Positions 53,323 to 64,000 of a DNA stretch of 64,000 nt are shown here, piece by piece. Position 1 is the stretch's first letter; each line of letters starts with the position of its first letter. Location of the stretch: the NCBI GenBank assembly GCA_023515725.1, contig JALDTO010000181.1:1-64000 (forward strand), in the 5' to 3' direction. This DNA comes from Amoeboaphelidium protococcarum X5. Taxonomy: Eukaryota; Fungi; Aphelidiomycota. Both the position numbers and the translations under genes were made by a program. The notes under the pieces are model-generated. The model saw only the letters and a program-made list of their open reading frames with translations. It ran no database searches and had not been told where the DNA came from.

Positions 53323-53895
53323 CGACGGCGGCGCATTCAACTGTGGAACAACAACAACGCCACGGTGATGATACTGACGAGTAAACGATATCAGCTTATG
53401 GTTTCCCTGTCTGCAGAGCCTCTATACATGCGTGCACTAGGTGGCACATATTTTATGCAATATCCTAATCATTTATGACGGATTGAAATTTAAAATACAG
53501 AAAAACTGTGTAGGAATTCGCGTTCTGTTGCAGTGAAGTGAGAATGAAGGTGATTGCTATTTCATCTCAAACGTAACTGAATCCACCTTACATGTGTCCC
53601 ACTCTTTCGAAGCTTTAAGGAAAGACACTCGCCACTTGTCGCGTAAAGCCTGGATCTTGTAAAATAGAGACGTTTCTAAACTCTGAGAGCGGGGAGCTGT
53701 TTCCCCCAAACGTCTCCACTGCTCAATCGCTCCGTTTCACAGTTTTGTTTCACATTCTGTTTATCGCCCTTTCAATCATCATTAAGTGTTTCTAATAACA
53801 AGCCTCTCACATATTCACTTTAATATTGTGATAATTCATTGTGCTGGTATTGTGCAATAGTGATATATAGTGCTTGTAAATTAATAGCGATATAA

Positions 53896-56800
53896 ATGGA
53901 TAGATAATTTAATGGTTTAATGCAGGATTCAGATAATGAAAATGATGTTGCTGTTTCGAGTGGTCCTCATGCTTTCGTCCAGATTGCAAGTCATCTTACT
54001 CAACTCTCTCTGGCTGATGAACTCTTGGAAACTGACGATGTATAGTCGATTCTGAGCTCTGGTTCTAATAATTAAAATGTAAATGTTACTGCTGGAGGCG
54101 ATGCAGGTCGGATTAGAGTTAGTTTGAGTAGGGAAGAATTGAACAATCTCAGCGCAGGTGAAACTGATTAGTCATCCAGGACATTGTAGCAGTTGAATGG
54201 TAAACTATGTCAGATATTTGAACTGCCAGAGCTCGAGGAATTTTCAAAGATTTATACATGCTGGCTTGTGAATAATGTCATGATAAGAGGATTCTTGTTC
54301 TTGTGTAAGACATGCGTTTGTTTCCTGGCTCAACTACCTAAGGAGTAGAATGTTTATAAGGAGGGATTCCTTTTGAAAAAGGGCAAGAAAAGAGCATAGT
54401 ATTTTACTTATTGGGTAGTCCTGAAAGACAATCTTCTTACATATTATGACTCTGGAAAGGATACTTATTTTCCACTGGGAACAATTAATTTAAAGTCTGC
54501 TATTGGAATAAATTTGGTGAAAAGGAGGAAGAATGGATTTAAAATCGTCTGTCCGGATAGAAGATTTTACTTTATTGCGGACTCCTATGACACAATGTAG
54601 TAGTGGATATAGATGATTGAGAATTGTATCGCCAAAGCCAGAATGTAAGATGACTCCTTGAAGCTAGTTCTTCCGTACGATGAGATAACTACTACCAAAG
54701 TGGTGGAATCCAAGATTATGAGTAATTGTCTTTTGATAAATTGCACTCCTCAGGAGGTTATTGACAGTACTACTGTTGATGCGTCGCATACTTCACGCTA
54801 ATAGGCTGGCTTTCTCGGTGCAGTAAAATCCATTCAGTTTCTTTCTGCATCTGCGGTGAATCATACTGATAGTTAAAGTGGCGATAGTGATGAATTTGCT
54901 TTTGCTTATTTAAGTGATATTTAACAAGTTTAATCAGAATTGAAACGATTAATTGCATCACATAGCTAGTCGTCTTTTAATGGTATTTCCCCACCTGCTC
55001 AAAGAAAGTCGCTGTCTTAACACTAGTAGCGAGCATCACTTAGTACTGCATATGGTATCATGGCGTAGGGTGACAGTTCGGCATTTCTTAGGAAGCACTT
55101 CTCGTCGTTATTCCAAAATGATTAGAATGTGGAAATTCTGTTTAAATGCGGTGCGTATATCCAAAGTTAATAGTCTCTAGTTCCCAAGCTTGGATAAGTA
55201 TTCTTAACTGGAGAGTATTTGCTCTTTTACTCAAAAGTGATTGGTGTAAGGACTAAAGCGGTGATACCATTGCAGGATATTTTAATTGTCTAAAAGCGAA
55301 AGAGCCCTCTTGCTTTATGGAGTGGGCTGTACGTGGCCATGAAGAATGGCGAGACTTGGCTGGAGTTTTCCGCTGCGAATAAGAGAGATACTTTACATTT
55401 GTTACTGCAAAATTTGATTAAAATCAAGTATGCTACTGGCGAATATCGACACCTAAATGCTCCAAGTTAAGAGGAAGATGACGAAATTGATGATGAATCT
55501 CTTATGGATGATTTTACCAGGCTATCTGTGATGCCTTCTCACCCTGCATCGATTGGCGATTCCCCTCAGAATGTTGGAGATTCTCTGGTCCATTCTCTTA
55601 TGCATGACATCAGTAGTTTAACTGATAATCATACGTCTTCAAGTTCTGCCGGTCTCTAAAAATCTCTCCATATAGTTTGCTAAACTATTGGAACTCGCGG
55701 CGATGTCTAACCATTTATCGCGTTATGTAAAGCTCTATTGAAAGATGGGCATTAATGTACAATAGCCACTCATCAGGAATACCAGTCTTGGATAGAGAGT
55801 CATGGAATATCTTTTCGCCCGATAAGCGGGAATCCTGCTGAGCTAATGAAGCTCTGTGTTGATAATGGTATGTTTAGCATATCATTCTTCAGGGAGGCTG
55901 CCGTTAAATTTCGCGCTTGGTTGGATGATTTACTGATCAGTAGTTACGAGGCCTTACAGGGAGCCGATGTTGTCATTGAATCTCCAGTTGCAATGGCAGG
56001 CTATCACGTTGCTGAGAAATTACAGGTGCCATATTTTGCAGCCTTCCCTATGCCGTGGACTCGCACAAGCGACTTTCCGCATCCTTTTGCCGTTGCTGAT
56101 TACTCTCTTGGTTTGGGATACAATATGATGTCATGGTCACTAATGGACAATGTACTGTGGAGAGGGTAATAACCTCAGATCAATAAGTTTAGAACTGATG
56201 TATTGAAGTTGTAACCTCTCACATCTGGTGCGTTCTTTGATTAGCAGCAAGTCCCTTTTTTGTATTCATTCTCCAATCAGGTAGTCAAATTGCCAAGCGA
56301 CTGGAAGACTTGGAATCATATAACTGGTTATTGGTTCTTGGATGAGCCAGAAAAGCAATGGCGTGCTGAGGAGTCTCTTTAGAATTTTATCCACAGAGTT
56401 GATGATCGTCCTCTGGTTTACATTGGGTTTGGCTCTATCATCGTGCCAGACGCTCAAGAAATGACTCGATCCATCATTTAAGCTGTCAAGATTGCTAAAG
56501 TCAGAGCCATTATTTGTAAAGGCTGGTCCAGTCGTGGTAGTGATACGAATGATCTTAATGAGCAGCCTTAGTAAGATATTAGTGGTGATGACGATGACGT
56601 CTACTTTATTTCATCCGTTCCTCATGACTGGTTGTTTCCCAAAGTGTAAATTGTGGTGCATCATGGTGGAGCTGGAACTACAGCGGCTGGTCTGAGATCT
56701 GGTTGTGTCACTATAATCAAACCATTCTTTGGTGATTAATATTTCTGGGCATCTCGAGTGGCAGCACTGGGCGTTGGTCTGCAGCTGCGAAAGCTTGACG

Positions 56801-57684
56801 TGAGTTCACTAGCTGATACTTTGGTAAGAGCCGCTCAAGATCAGAATATGAAAATTAAAGCTCAAGCTCTTGGAGAGAAGATTAGATCTCAGAATGGAGT
56901 TCACGTGGCCAAGTCTGTATTATATAAAGAGTTGCCTAGATTGCTGGAAGGGCTCGCCCGATAGAAGACTATCATTGAAGCCAAAAAAGTCGATGATGCG
57001 GCCGGTAAAAAGTCCATACTTGATCAGCTGGCTCTCAATATCGGTTCATTGACTTTCAAGCATCGATTCAGTTCGCCAGAGAGTCCTCAGAGTTTTGCGC
57101 GTGATGACTCAGTCATCAGTAGCGGTGGTGATGACTAAAAGTAGCTGGTTGATGCAGATGTAATCAATCCCAGTGACGAATCAAGTCAGTAGAAAATGTT
57201 TAAATTTAAGGATGTGCTCAAGACAAAGGGCAGAAGAAAAAGTATTGCTCATCCTCTATCTTCGCAAGAAGATTTGGATGAGGAGGGTTACAATAGTGAT
57301 GCTTCCATTTAGTATGGCGGCTAGAGTCTCAGCAGGAAGCCGTCCAAGCTCCGAAGGAAACGACCGAATTAAATTGGCCGTGGTGGCAGCGGTGCTTAGC
57401 ATTCATCTTAATCTGCATTGGATAAGAAGCCTATGGCGTAGGTGGATGGTGGTCGTGAAAGTGGTGGCGGCAAAAAGCTCAAGGATTTGATAAAGATGAA
57501 AAGCCTCAGTTTTCTACAATCATCTTAGACGTCATCAGTATAATAATAAGACTCTGATAAGAAGGCTCCTGCCACAAGATAGTTGTCGTTTGGTAAATTT
57601 TTGTTGCAGTCTAGAAAGAAGAAATCATCACTATCGCAAGCTGATATGAAAGACGATATTTAGGCATAGGCTCATGATTAATGA
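53896..57684 (+). CDS. ATG26: Sterol 3-beta-glucosyltransferase (GRAM-PH-GRAM-GT), 1262 aa
   Basis: [11 protein letters not shown] (GRAM), [13 protein letters not shown] (PH), [38 protein letters not shown] (both Q are TAA). Confidence 0.94.
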
Positions 57685-57780
57685 ATGACTTAAATCGGCA
57701 TGTATATAACTGTATAGATAAAGTTTAATTTGTACAAATGTAATTATACCACATTTCTGATATTACCATAATGAATAAGA

Positions 57781-58744
57781 TCATTTCCGAGCAAAGGTCG
57801 CCTTGATCAACTATCCCTTAAGATTAAACAAACCATTCGGCTGACTATTACGCGCCATAGCCGCATGTTGTTCATTGTCAAACTCGACAAACGCGATATC
57901 ATGACGTCCAGGCACCAGTCTAACTTCAAAAAATCCGCTAATGCTTTCAAAGAGTTATTGTATGTCATTCTATGTAGCGCCAGTAGGTAAGTTTTACAAA
58001 TAAAGAATCTTATTTGGTGGTAGCAACTCGTCAGGCACCGAGTGGACCATTACGGGTTAAGGAGCAGAATATGTAGGTCGCATAGAGCCAGGTACTATAA
58101 ATGAAGGTGGCCGAGGAGCCATTAGACCAGCTACACCAAAAGCACCAACCATGGGTCCAGATGTAGGAGCAGCAGAAGAAAGTTACTAACGCTTAGTGCC
58201 TGCCAGACCGTTCAAACGCGCCTTCTCAGCCATGGTGCGAAATTTGGATTATTATTATTCAGTCTATTTCTATGATTGCTATGGACGTGGGCGCTTCTAA
58301 TGATCTGTCTAATCCCCATCCTTGAGAGATTGAGATGAATGAAATGTATCAGACGCGGCATATCTCACCTACATCTACTTGCCAAACAGAGGAAATCCAT
58401 CCGCGGCTAATGCTGCAGTTGCTTGATCGACATCAGCGAATACGACAAAAGCCTGACCGCGCATTCTAATGTTCCTCCATGCCAACACTTCACGCACTTG
58501 TCCATATATTTAGAATATTCCTCTGAGAGCATTTTTCAAGACTACACTGATAGTATTAATTTTAATGCCGTTTAATGAATGAGTAGATTTACAAACCTTT
58601 TAGATTAATCTTTTCGTTGAGATTTCGAATGTACAGAGTCGCTATGGGCTTGCCGTAATCGCTGCCACTTGAACTAACTTCTTGGACATTAGCCGCAGCT
58701 TTCTATAATCTAATTGGTGGCGGTCTCGGCGGCACAATATTCAT
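57781..58744 (-). CDS. SNRPA: U1A/U2B''-family two-RRM snRNP protein (U1A-like), 2 exons, 302 aa
   Basis: Exons 58744-58597 and 58541-57781 (55-nt intron). [48 protein letters not shown]. Confidence 0.88.
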
Positions 58745-58894
58745 TTCTAACTGCAAGTATCAATGCGGTCCAATAAATGACTATTTGTTTAATATTTCAG
58801 TCAAAAGAAGAGCTTCTTTGGTGATCGCCAAAGTAAAAAATCAAAGTTTAAAGTCAAAACGCGTCAATGGTTGTACAAAATCACAGATTTTAAT

Positions 58895-61800
58895 TCAAAG
58901 CTATCTATTCTACTATTTATTCACGTTCTATTGTTAGAATTACTCGTAGCAAGAGTAATGCATAATGATCGGCTGGTCGGAGAGGGAACTAGCGGTGATG
59001 TCAAGTAGATTGTCTTCACTGAGCAAATCTCTTCCAAAGGATAGCACATTAAAAACATTAGGACAGCCAAATCGCTTTTTACAATATGAGCAGGTGGTGG
59101 TGTCAGTCAAGAGAATCTTGTTCTGTTTATAATAATTTCTGACTTCTTTGGCTAACACAATCACGGAGGATGACACGTTCTTCTTGATGAGCAGATCATG
59201 TACCCTGCGCTAGTTTAAAATCTCTGCTTGCCGCACATAAGATCGCAGGTCAGATAGTTTCAGCTCTTGCGGCAGTTTACTATAAACCAGTAATGCATTA
59301 ATTTCAGACGCATATTTATTCAAGAGCCGCAGGAGCCAATCCATATTCTGAGAATCTTAAGAGTTCAAATTATTAATGTAGATATCAAACAAATCATGAT
59401 ACACTTAGGGATGTTGCATCTTTACAGAATGACAATACGTCTCTGCCAGTGAACAATCTTTCAAGTAATTGATGTAAATATCCAGCGCAGCTTTATGCTT
59501 TCCAACTCTGCTCAGAAGGATGGCACGTTCATCATAGAAACTTTGAGGGAAATTATTAATCAGCTTCTCCGGTCTATATGCAGAACTATGTCGCATGAAA
59601 AGCTATAACACTCTGCGCAGAAATGCAACCACTGAATCACAATCAACCCGGAATTCCTCTAACGACTTGATGCTTTAAAATACATCCACGAATCTTATCA
59701 GTTCCGGATACAACTAAAGTTGATCAAAAGATACAATTTTAAACACCAGACACTTTTGCACAATGTCCAATAGCATCAATATAAACTAATCATGTACGTA
59801 TGGCGCAGACATACCCATCTCAAAGAACAAATACAAGTAGTACTGAGCAGAGAGTGCAAGATCATTCTCGTTTAGGAATTTAATAATACGAGTGGACAAT
59901 TCAGTCATTTACACGCCATCATTAGCTTTACTTAATAGCCTGAAATCGACCGATTTGTAATCGAATGGTCCACATAAGGCACGTAAGAGACAAGATCGCA
60001 CAACAGCACTATCAACATTCAGCAAAGTCTTAAGCCCCGAGAAATACACCTCATAATCAATGTCCTTTATTCTGAAAAGATAGGTAGATAGCAATTCATA
60101 TTCCTTAATATCAGCAAGATAATCTACAGCCTTCTAGTTTTAATTGTATTAAAAATACAGTTCCACCAAATCCTAAAGCAAATTATACTCCTTCAATAAT
60201 CGCTCTGCTTCAGCAACATTTAGCTTATTGGATACTCGAATCAAAGCGGAGGCAAGAGTTAACTGACCAGCTTTAAGATATGAGTGTAATAGCATCGTCT
60301 CACAAAACATCAGACTTAATAGTGCCTACTCTAGAGCATCTGTTTTCTAAGCCATAACCTGCTTACTGGTACTATCTTAAGTGAGGATACTCGCTTTAGC
60401 CTTTCTAACTAAACCATCTTATTCCCTAGTAAGGAACGAGACATCATTCTATAACTGTTTTTACTTCAAATGCTAAGCATTGGACGATACCTACTAAGAT
60501 AAAGTACTATCCGCTGGAACTAAACTGAGCTAACTCCTAGTCTTCAATAAATTGTCATCACTTTTACCTATAATCTTCAGCAATGACGACCTCTACTGAG
60601 TCAGATACAAAATAACTTCCTACCACTCTACCTTAACTTCCGCTTTAAAATCTTCCTCTTTAATTACATTTTGCATCAATATTTACAGCTTCTATTGCGA
60701 TGCATCTCTTAAGAATAGTTGTAAAATAGCAGCGGCAAAGTCAGCAGACAAAAGTTGAGGATAGAAGACAGATATAACATCGTAAATATGGCAGCACAAA
60801 TTCGAAAGCAGATCCAGTGCTTCCTTATGGCGATTAACTCTGCGCAGATACTTGGCATATTTAATTTACGTCTCAAGAAGAAGACTTTAAATTAAATTAT
60901 CGTCCACACTCATGGAGAGAATTAGTTAGAGCATTGATATAGCTTCTGTATACTTATCGCCATTTTTAGTAAGCGTATCAACTCGAGTAATAGCATCTAA
61001 GGCTACCAGCTCTTGTACTGAAGAGTCACTAAACACTAGAACCGAAAGTGATCGCTTTTAGTGGATCAACTTGGATATATCACTCGACTTGCCCACAGAG
61101 AACTGACCATAAGATTAGGAATCACTCACTAGTCTAACTTCAATCTTGCATTAGCCATTGGCAATGAACGAGCCAAGTACAAATGGAAAGACATAGCAAA
61201 CACTCTAAATCAAATTGCAACTCCATTTGATGCAATAATCTCTACTTGGACCACCATCCGCAGTGATTGAAGATACAAAATAAGATTCCTACCCGAGAGT
61301 AATCAACACTTCTTCACCTGATATTTTACAATTCTAAACAGGATTTTATAGACTCACATCCTTGGACTGGAATAGATTCTTCAGAGGCAGCGAGGAATCA
61401 GCAAGGGATTTAACAAAGTACCCACTCTTGCATTACATCAAAAGGCTATCACGGTTAAAACTTTCAATTCCTAATACAACGCCAATTGTTTAGGGAAGAG
61501 CAATCTACTCAGAATGACTATATTCATCATCAAGCCATACATAAGCGGTCAGATGCTTCTTATTCGTGTAAATCACAATTCTAGTGGCCAGATAACTTGT
61601 CATTGATTCTCCTTTCACGGAAGGCGACTACTAGACACAAAACACTCCACCTGGTTCACACTGAATCACGTTCTTCACCACCATAGAGGATAATCCAACC
61701 ACAAATATCCGTTTATCTGTCCCTAGTATTATTATATCCAGAGACTTGATAATTTCTATCGATAATATAGCCTAATTCTATCCTACTAAAGATTTCTATG

Positions 61801-61945
61801 TTGACTATAGTTTCCATTTTTGACCTTCATCAGTCTGAGTAAATACAAGCAGAACGCCATCCAAAGTTCCAATATAGAGACTGCCACCATTAATAATTAC
61901 AGAAGATATTCTCAGACCATCTACAACTTTATTTATGGTAAACAT
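58895..61945 (-). CDS. VPS39: Vps39/Vam6-family (CNH + clathrin-like repeat + Zn finger), 1016 aa
   Basis: LYIGTLDG N-terminus, LIRVSNKL, ERAILLSRVGKHKAALDIY, CSYCKKRFG...HYSC. Confidence 0.85.
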
Positions 61946-62139
61946 TTCTCTCTTTACTAACAACTAATGAACTGTACTTTCTTTCTCTCACGTCGAGGGA
62001 TTCTAAAAAGATGGACCAACTTTGTGATTAGTGAATAATAAAAGAGGAGAAAGAGTCACACGATGATAAAGACAAAACTAGATATAGATAGAGTTAGTAA
62101 AAGTCTATAATGAATTACACATAAGAAATACAAAAGTGA

Positions 62140-62664
62140 TCACGACGATTATGTATGAGAAAGTAATTTGAGCCGAAAAGCATCACCGCCATTCAGATAG
62201 TACTTGTATAATCGTTTGGCACGAATGAATCCAAACTTTTAATACAAATTTATGGCACCCTTATTGTCAACCTCAGTCTCGAGTACAATTTCATCCACTT
62301 TGAACTCAGTCTCCATCCTGCTAATAACAAGATCGACAAGCCTTGACGCGATCCCCATCTTTCGATATCGCTCATCCACTGCCAGCATCCCAATGTATCC
62401 ACGCAACGTATTGTTGGATCGCTAGTCAACTTTACCAACTATACACGCGATTATACTATTCTAATGCACTGCGACATATGTAAGACTGGGGAAGTTCATA
62501 GTAAAGTATCGATACGTGTATATACAATACGGCTCAGAGAGATCCTTCTCAATCAGACTTATAATAGCATCCAACTCATGCTCGCCTTCATACTGCCTAT
62601 ACACTATCTCTTTCAATCCATCATCCGCCAACTAGACGCGTTAATCAGCATCTTGATTAAACAT
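62140..62664 (-). CDS. NAA30: NatC catalytic subunit Naa30/Mak3, 174 aa
   Basis: DLSEPYCIYTYRYF, RGYIGMLAV, EIVLETEVDN, KRLYKYYLNGGDAFRL. Confidence 0.95.
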
Positions 62665-62908
62665 TACGATTGAGTGAAACAGCGAGATCACCGATAAGGC
62701 TAAAGATTCTAATTGAACTAAAGAACGTTTTATCAAAGGCGATTAAAGCGACAACAGCCTCGCAACGGGAAAAGAGTCAACACGATCAACTGAAGTGAAA
62801 CTGTTTCGTGAGATGAACGCGAAACTATTCATTTTATTCCGCAAGTCCCGAGAGAGAAGAACTACAGTGCTCTAATATCTCAGTACTATTGACCATAAAG
62901 GTATCATT

Positions 62909-64000
62909 ATGGGAATTCAAGGTCTTACCAAAGTTATTGGTGATCATGCACCGAATGCGCTAAAGACTAATTAGATATCGTCATATTTTGGCAGGAAGGT
63001 TGCTATCGATGCATCCATGTCAATCTATCAGTTCCTCATTGCTGTCAGGAGTGAAGGCAACCAGCTGATGAATGAATCTGGTGAAACTACTAGTCATCTG
63101 ATGGGCATCTTCTACCGTACTCTTCGCATGATTGATAATGGAATTAAACCGGTGTACGTATTCGATGGTAAACCACCAACACTGAAGAGCGGTGAGTTGG
63201 CGAAACGATTGGAACGGCGCAAGGAAGCTCAGAGTGGGCTGGAGGCTGCGTAAGAGAGTGGCTCAGCGGAGGCTATGGAAAAGTTTCAGCGTAGAACTGT
63301 AAAAGTATCCAAGTAGCATAATGATGAGTGCAAGAAACTATTGAAGCTGATGGGCATCCCCTATGTGGAGAGTCCGTGTGAGGCTGAGGCTTAATGTGCA
63401 GCCATGGCTAAAGCTGGTATAGTTTATGCGGCAGGAAGTGAAGATATGGATACGCTAACTTTCTAGACACCTGTGCTGTTGAGACATTTGACATTTAGTG
63501 AGTAGAGAAAAGAGCCAATCATCGAGATTCATCTAGACGAAGTGCTATCTGGCTTAGATTTCACTCTGGACCAGTTTGTTGACTTGTGTATTCTCCTCGG
63601 ATGTGATTATTGTGATTCTATCAAAGGTATTGGTCCAAAGAGAGCTGTGGATCTTATCAAAGAGCACAAGTGTATTGAGAATGTACTAGAACATTTGGAT
63701 TCCGACAAGTATCCTATACCCGAAGATTGGCCATACAAGGACGCGCGTAAACTATTTCTCAACCCAGATGTTACTGATCCTAAAGATATTGATCTTAAAT
63801 GGGAGGCTCCTAATGAGGAAGAATTGATCAAGTTTATGGTACATGAAAACCAGTTTAATGAAGACAGAATAAGATCTGGGTTGAAGCGTTTGTAGAAGGC
63901 ACGCTCCACAACTACCCAAGGGCGATTAGATGGATTCTTCGGCAAGCAGTTGAAGTCCGAGCCATCCGTCAATCCGGCCAAGAAGTCCAAAGAGAATATG
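62909..64000 (+). CDS. FEN1: Flap endonuclease 1 (runs off the window end)
   Basis: [31 protein letters not shown] (Q is TAA), SEDMDTL, LLGCDY, PIP box QGRLDGFF. Confidence 0.97.

Noticed and set aside
1-64000. Mass pseudogenisation, or many tiny genes as implied by the ORF track
   Set aside because: Interruptions are only TAA/TAG, fall at Gln positions in essential genes and keep frame. The track used the wrong code.
1-64000. tRNA (including suppressor tRNA-Gln) or rRNA genes
   Set aside because: No convincing T-loop/cloverleaf or rRNA sequence seen by eye; tRNAscan-SE would be needed to exclude them.

Overview
Gene-dense eukaryotic (fungus-like opisthokont) genomic DNA that does not use the standard code. 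TAA and TAG are read as Gln and only TGA terminates, so the supplied ORF track splits almost every gene. Retranslated by hand with TAR=Gln, the window holds about 30 complete genes plus a partial FEN1, with few short GT-AG introns (55-89 nt). Recognised genes: ILV2, RAD1, NOB1, ROD/KNTC1, UVRAG/VPS38, PEX26-like, a CH-DH-PH-WW RhoGEF, RPB5, LSM2, ARPC1, WASH1, NAP1, a divergent nitrate reductase, VPS18, a PPR protein, RPS17, TMEM128-like, ISA2, THOC5, PRP5, thimet oligopeptidase, ATG26, U1A, VPS39, NAA30 and FEN1. There are also three signal-peptide orphans, a frameshifted secreted BTB-domain gene and a 2484-bp hAT transposon with 18-bp TIRs and an 8-bp TSD. The TAR=Gln code plus a fungal-type gene set that retains WASH and ROD points to an aphelid such as Amoeboaphelidium protococcarum (inference), where this code is already known. 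The best leads beyond the code are candidate host-targeted effectors (one with a chromatin-type RxRKxVDY motif, one with BTB), TAR codons piled up just before TGA with two genes running into their neighbours, an active-site-altered stand-alone nitrate reductase, and an excess of ACGCGT. All family calls come from motif recognition by eye; no database searches were run.
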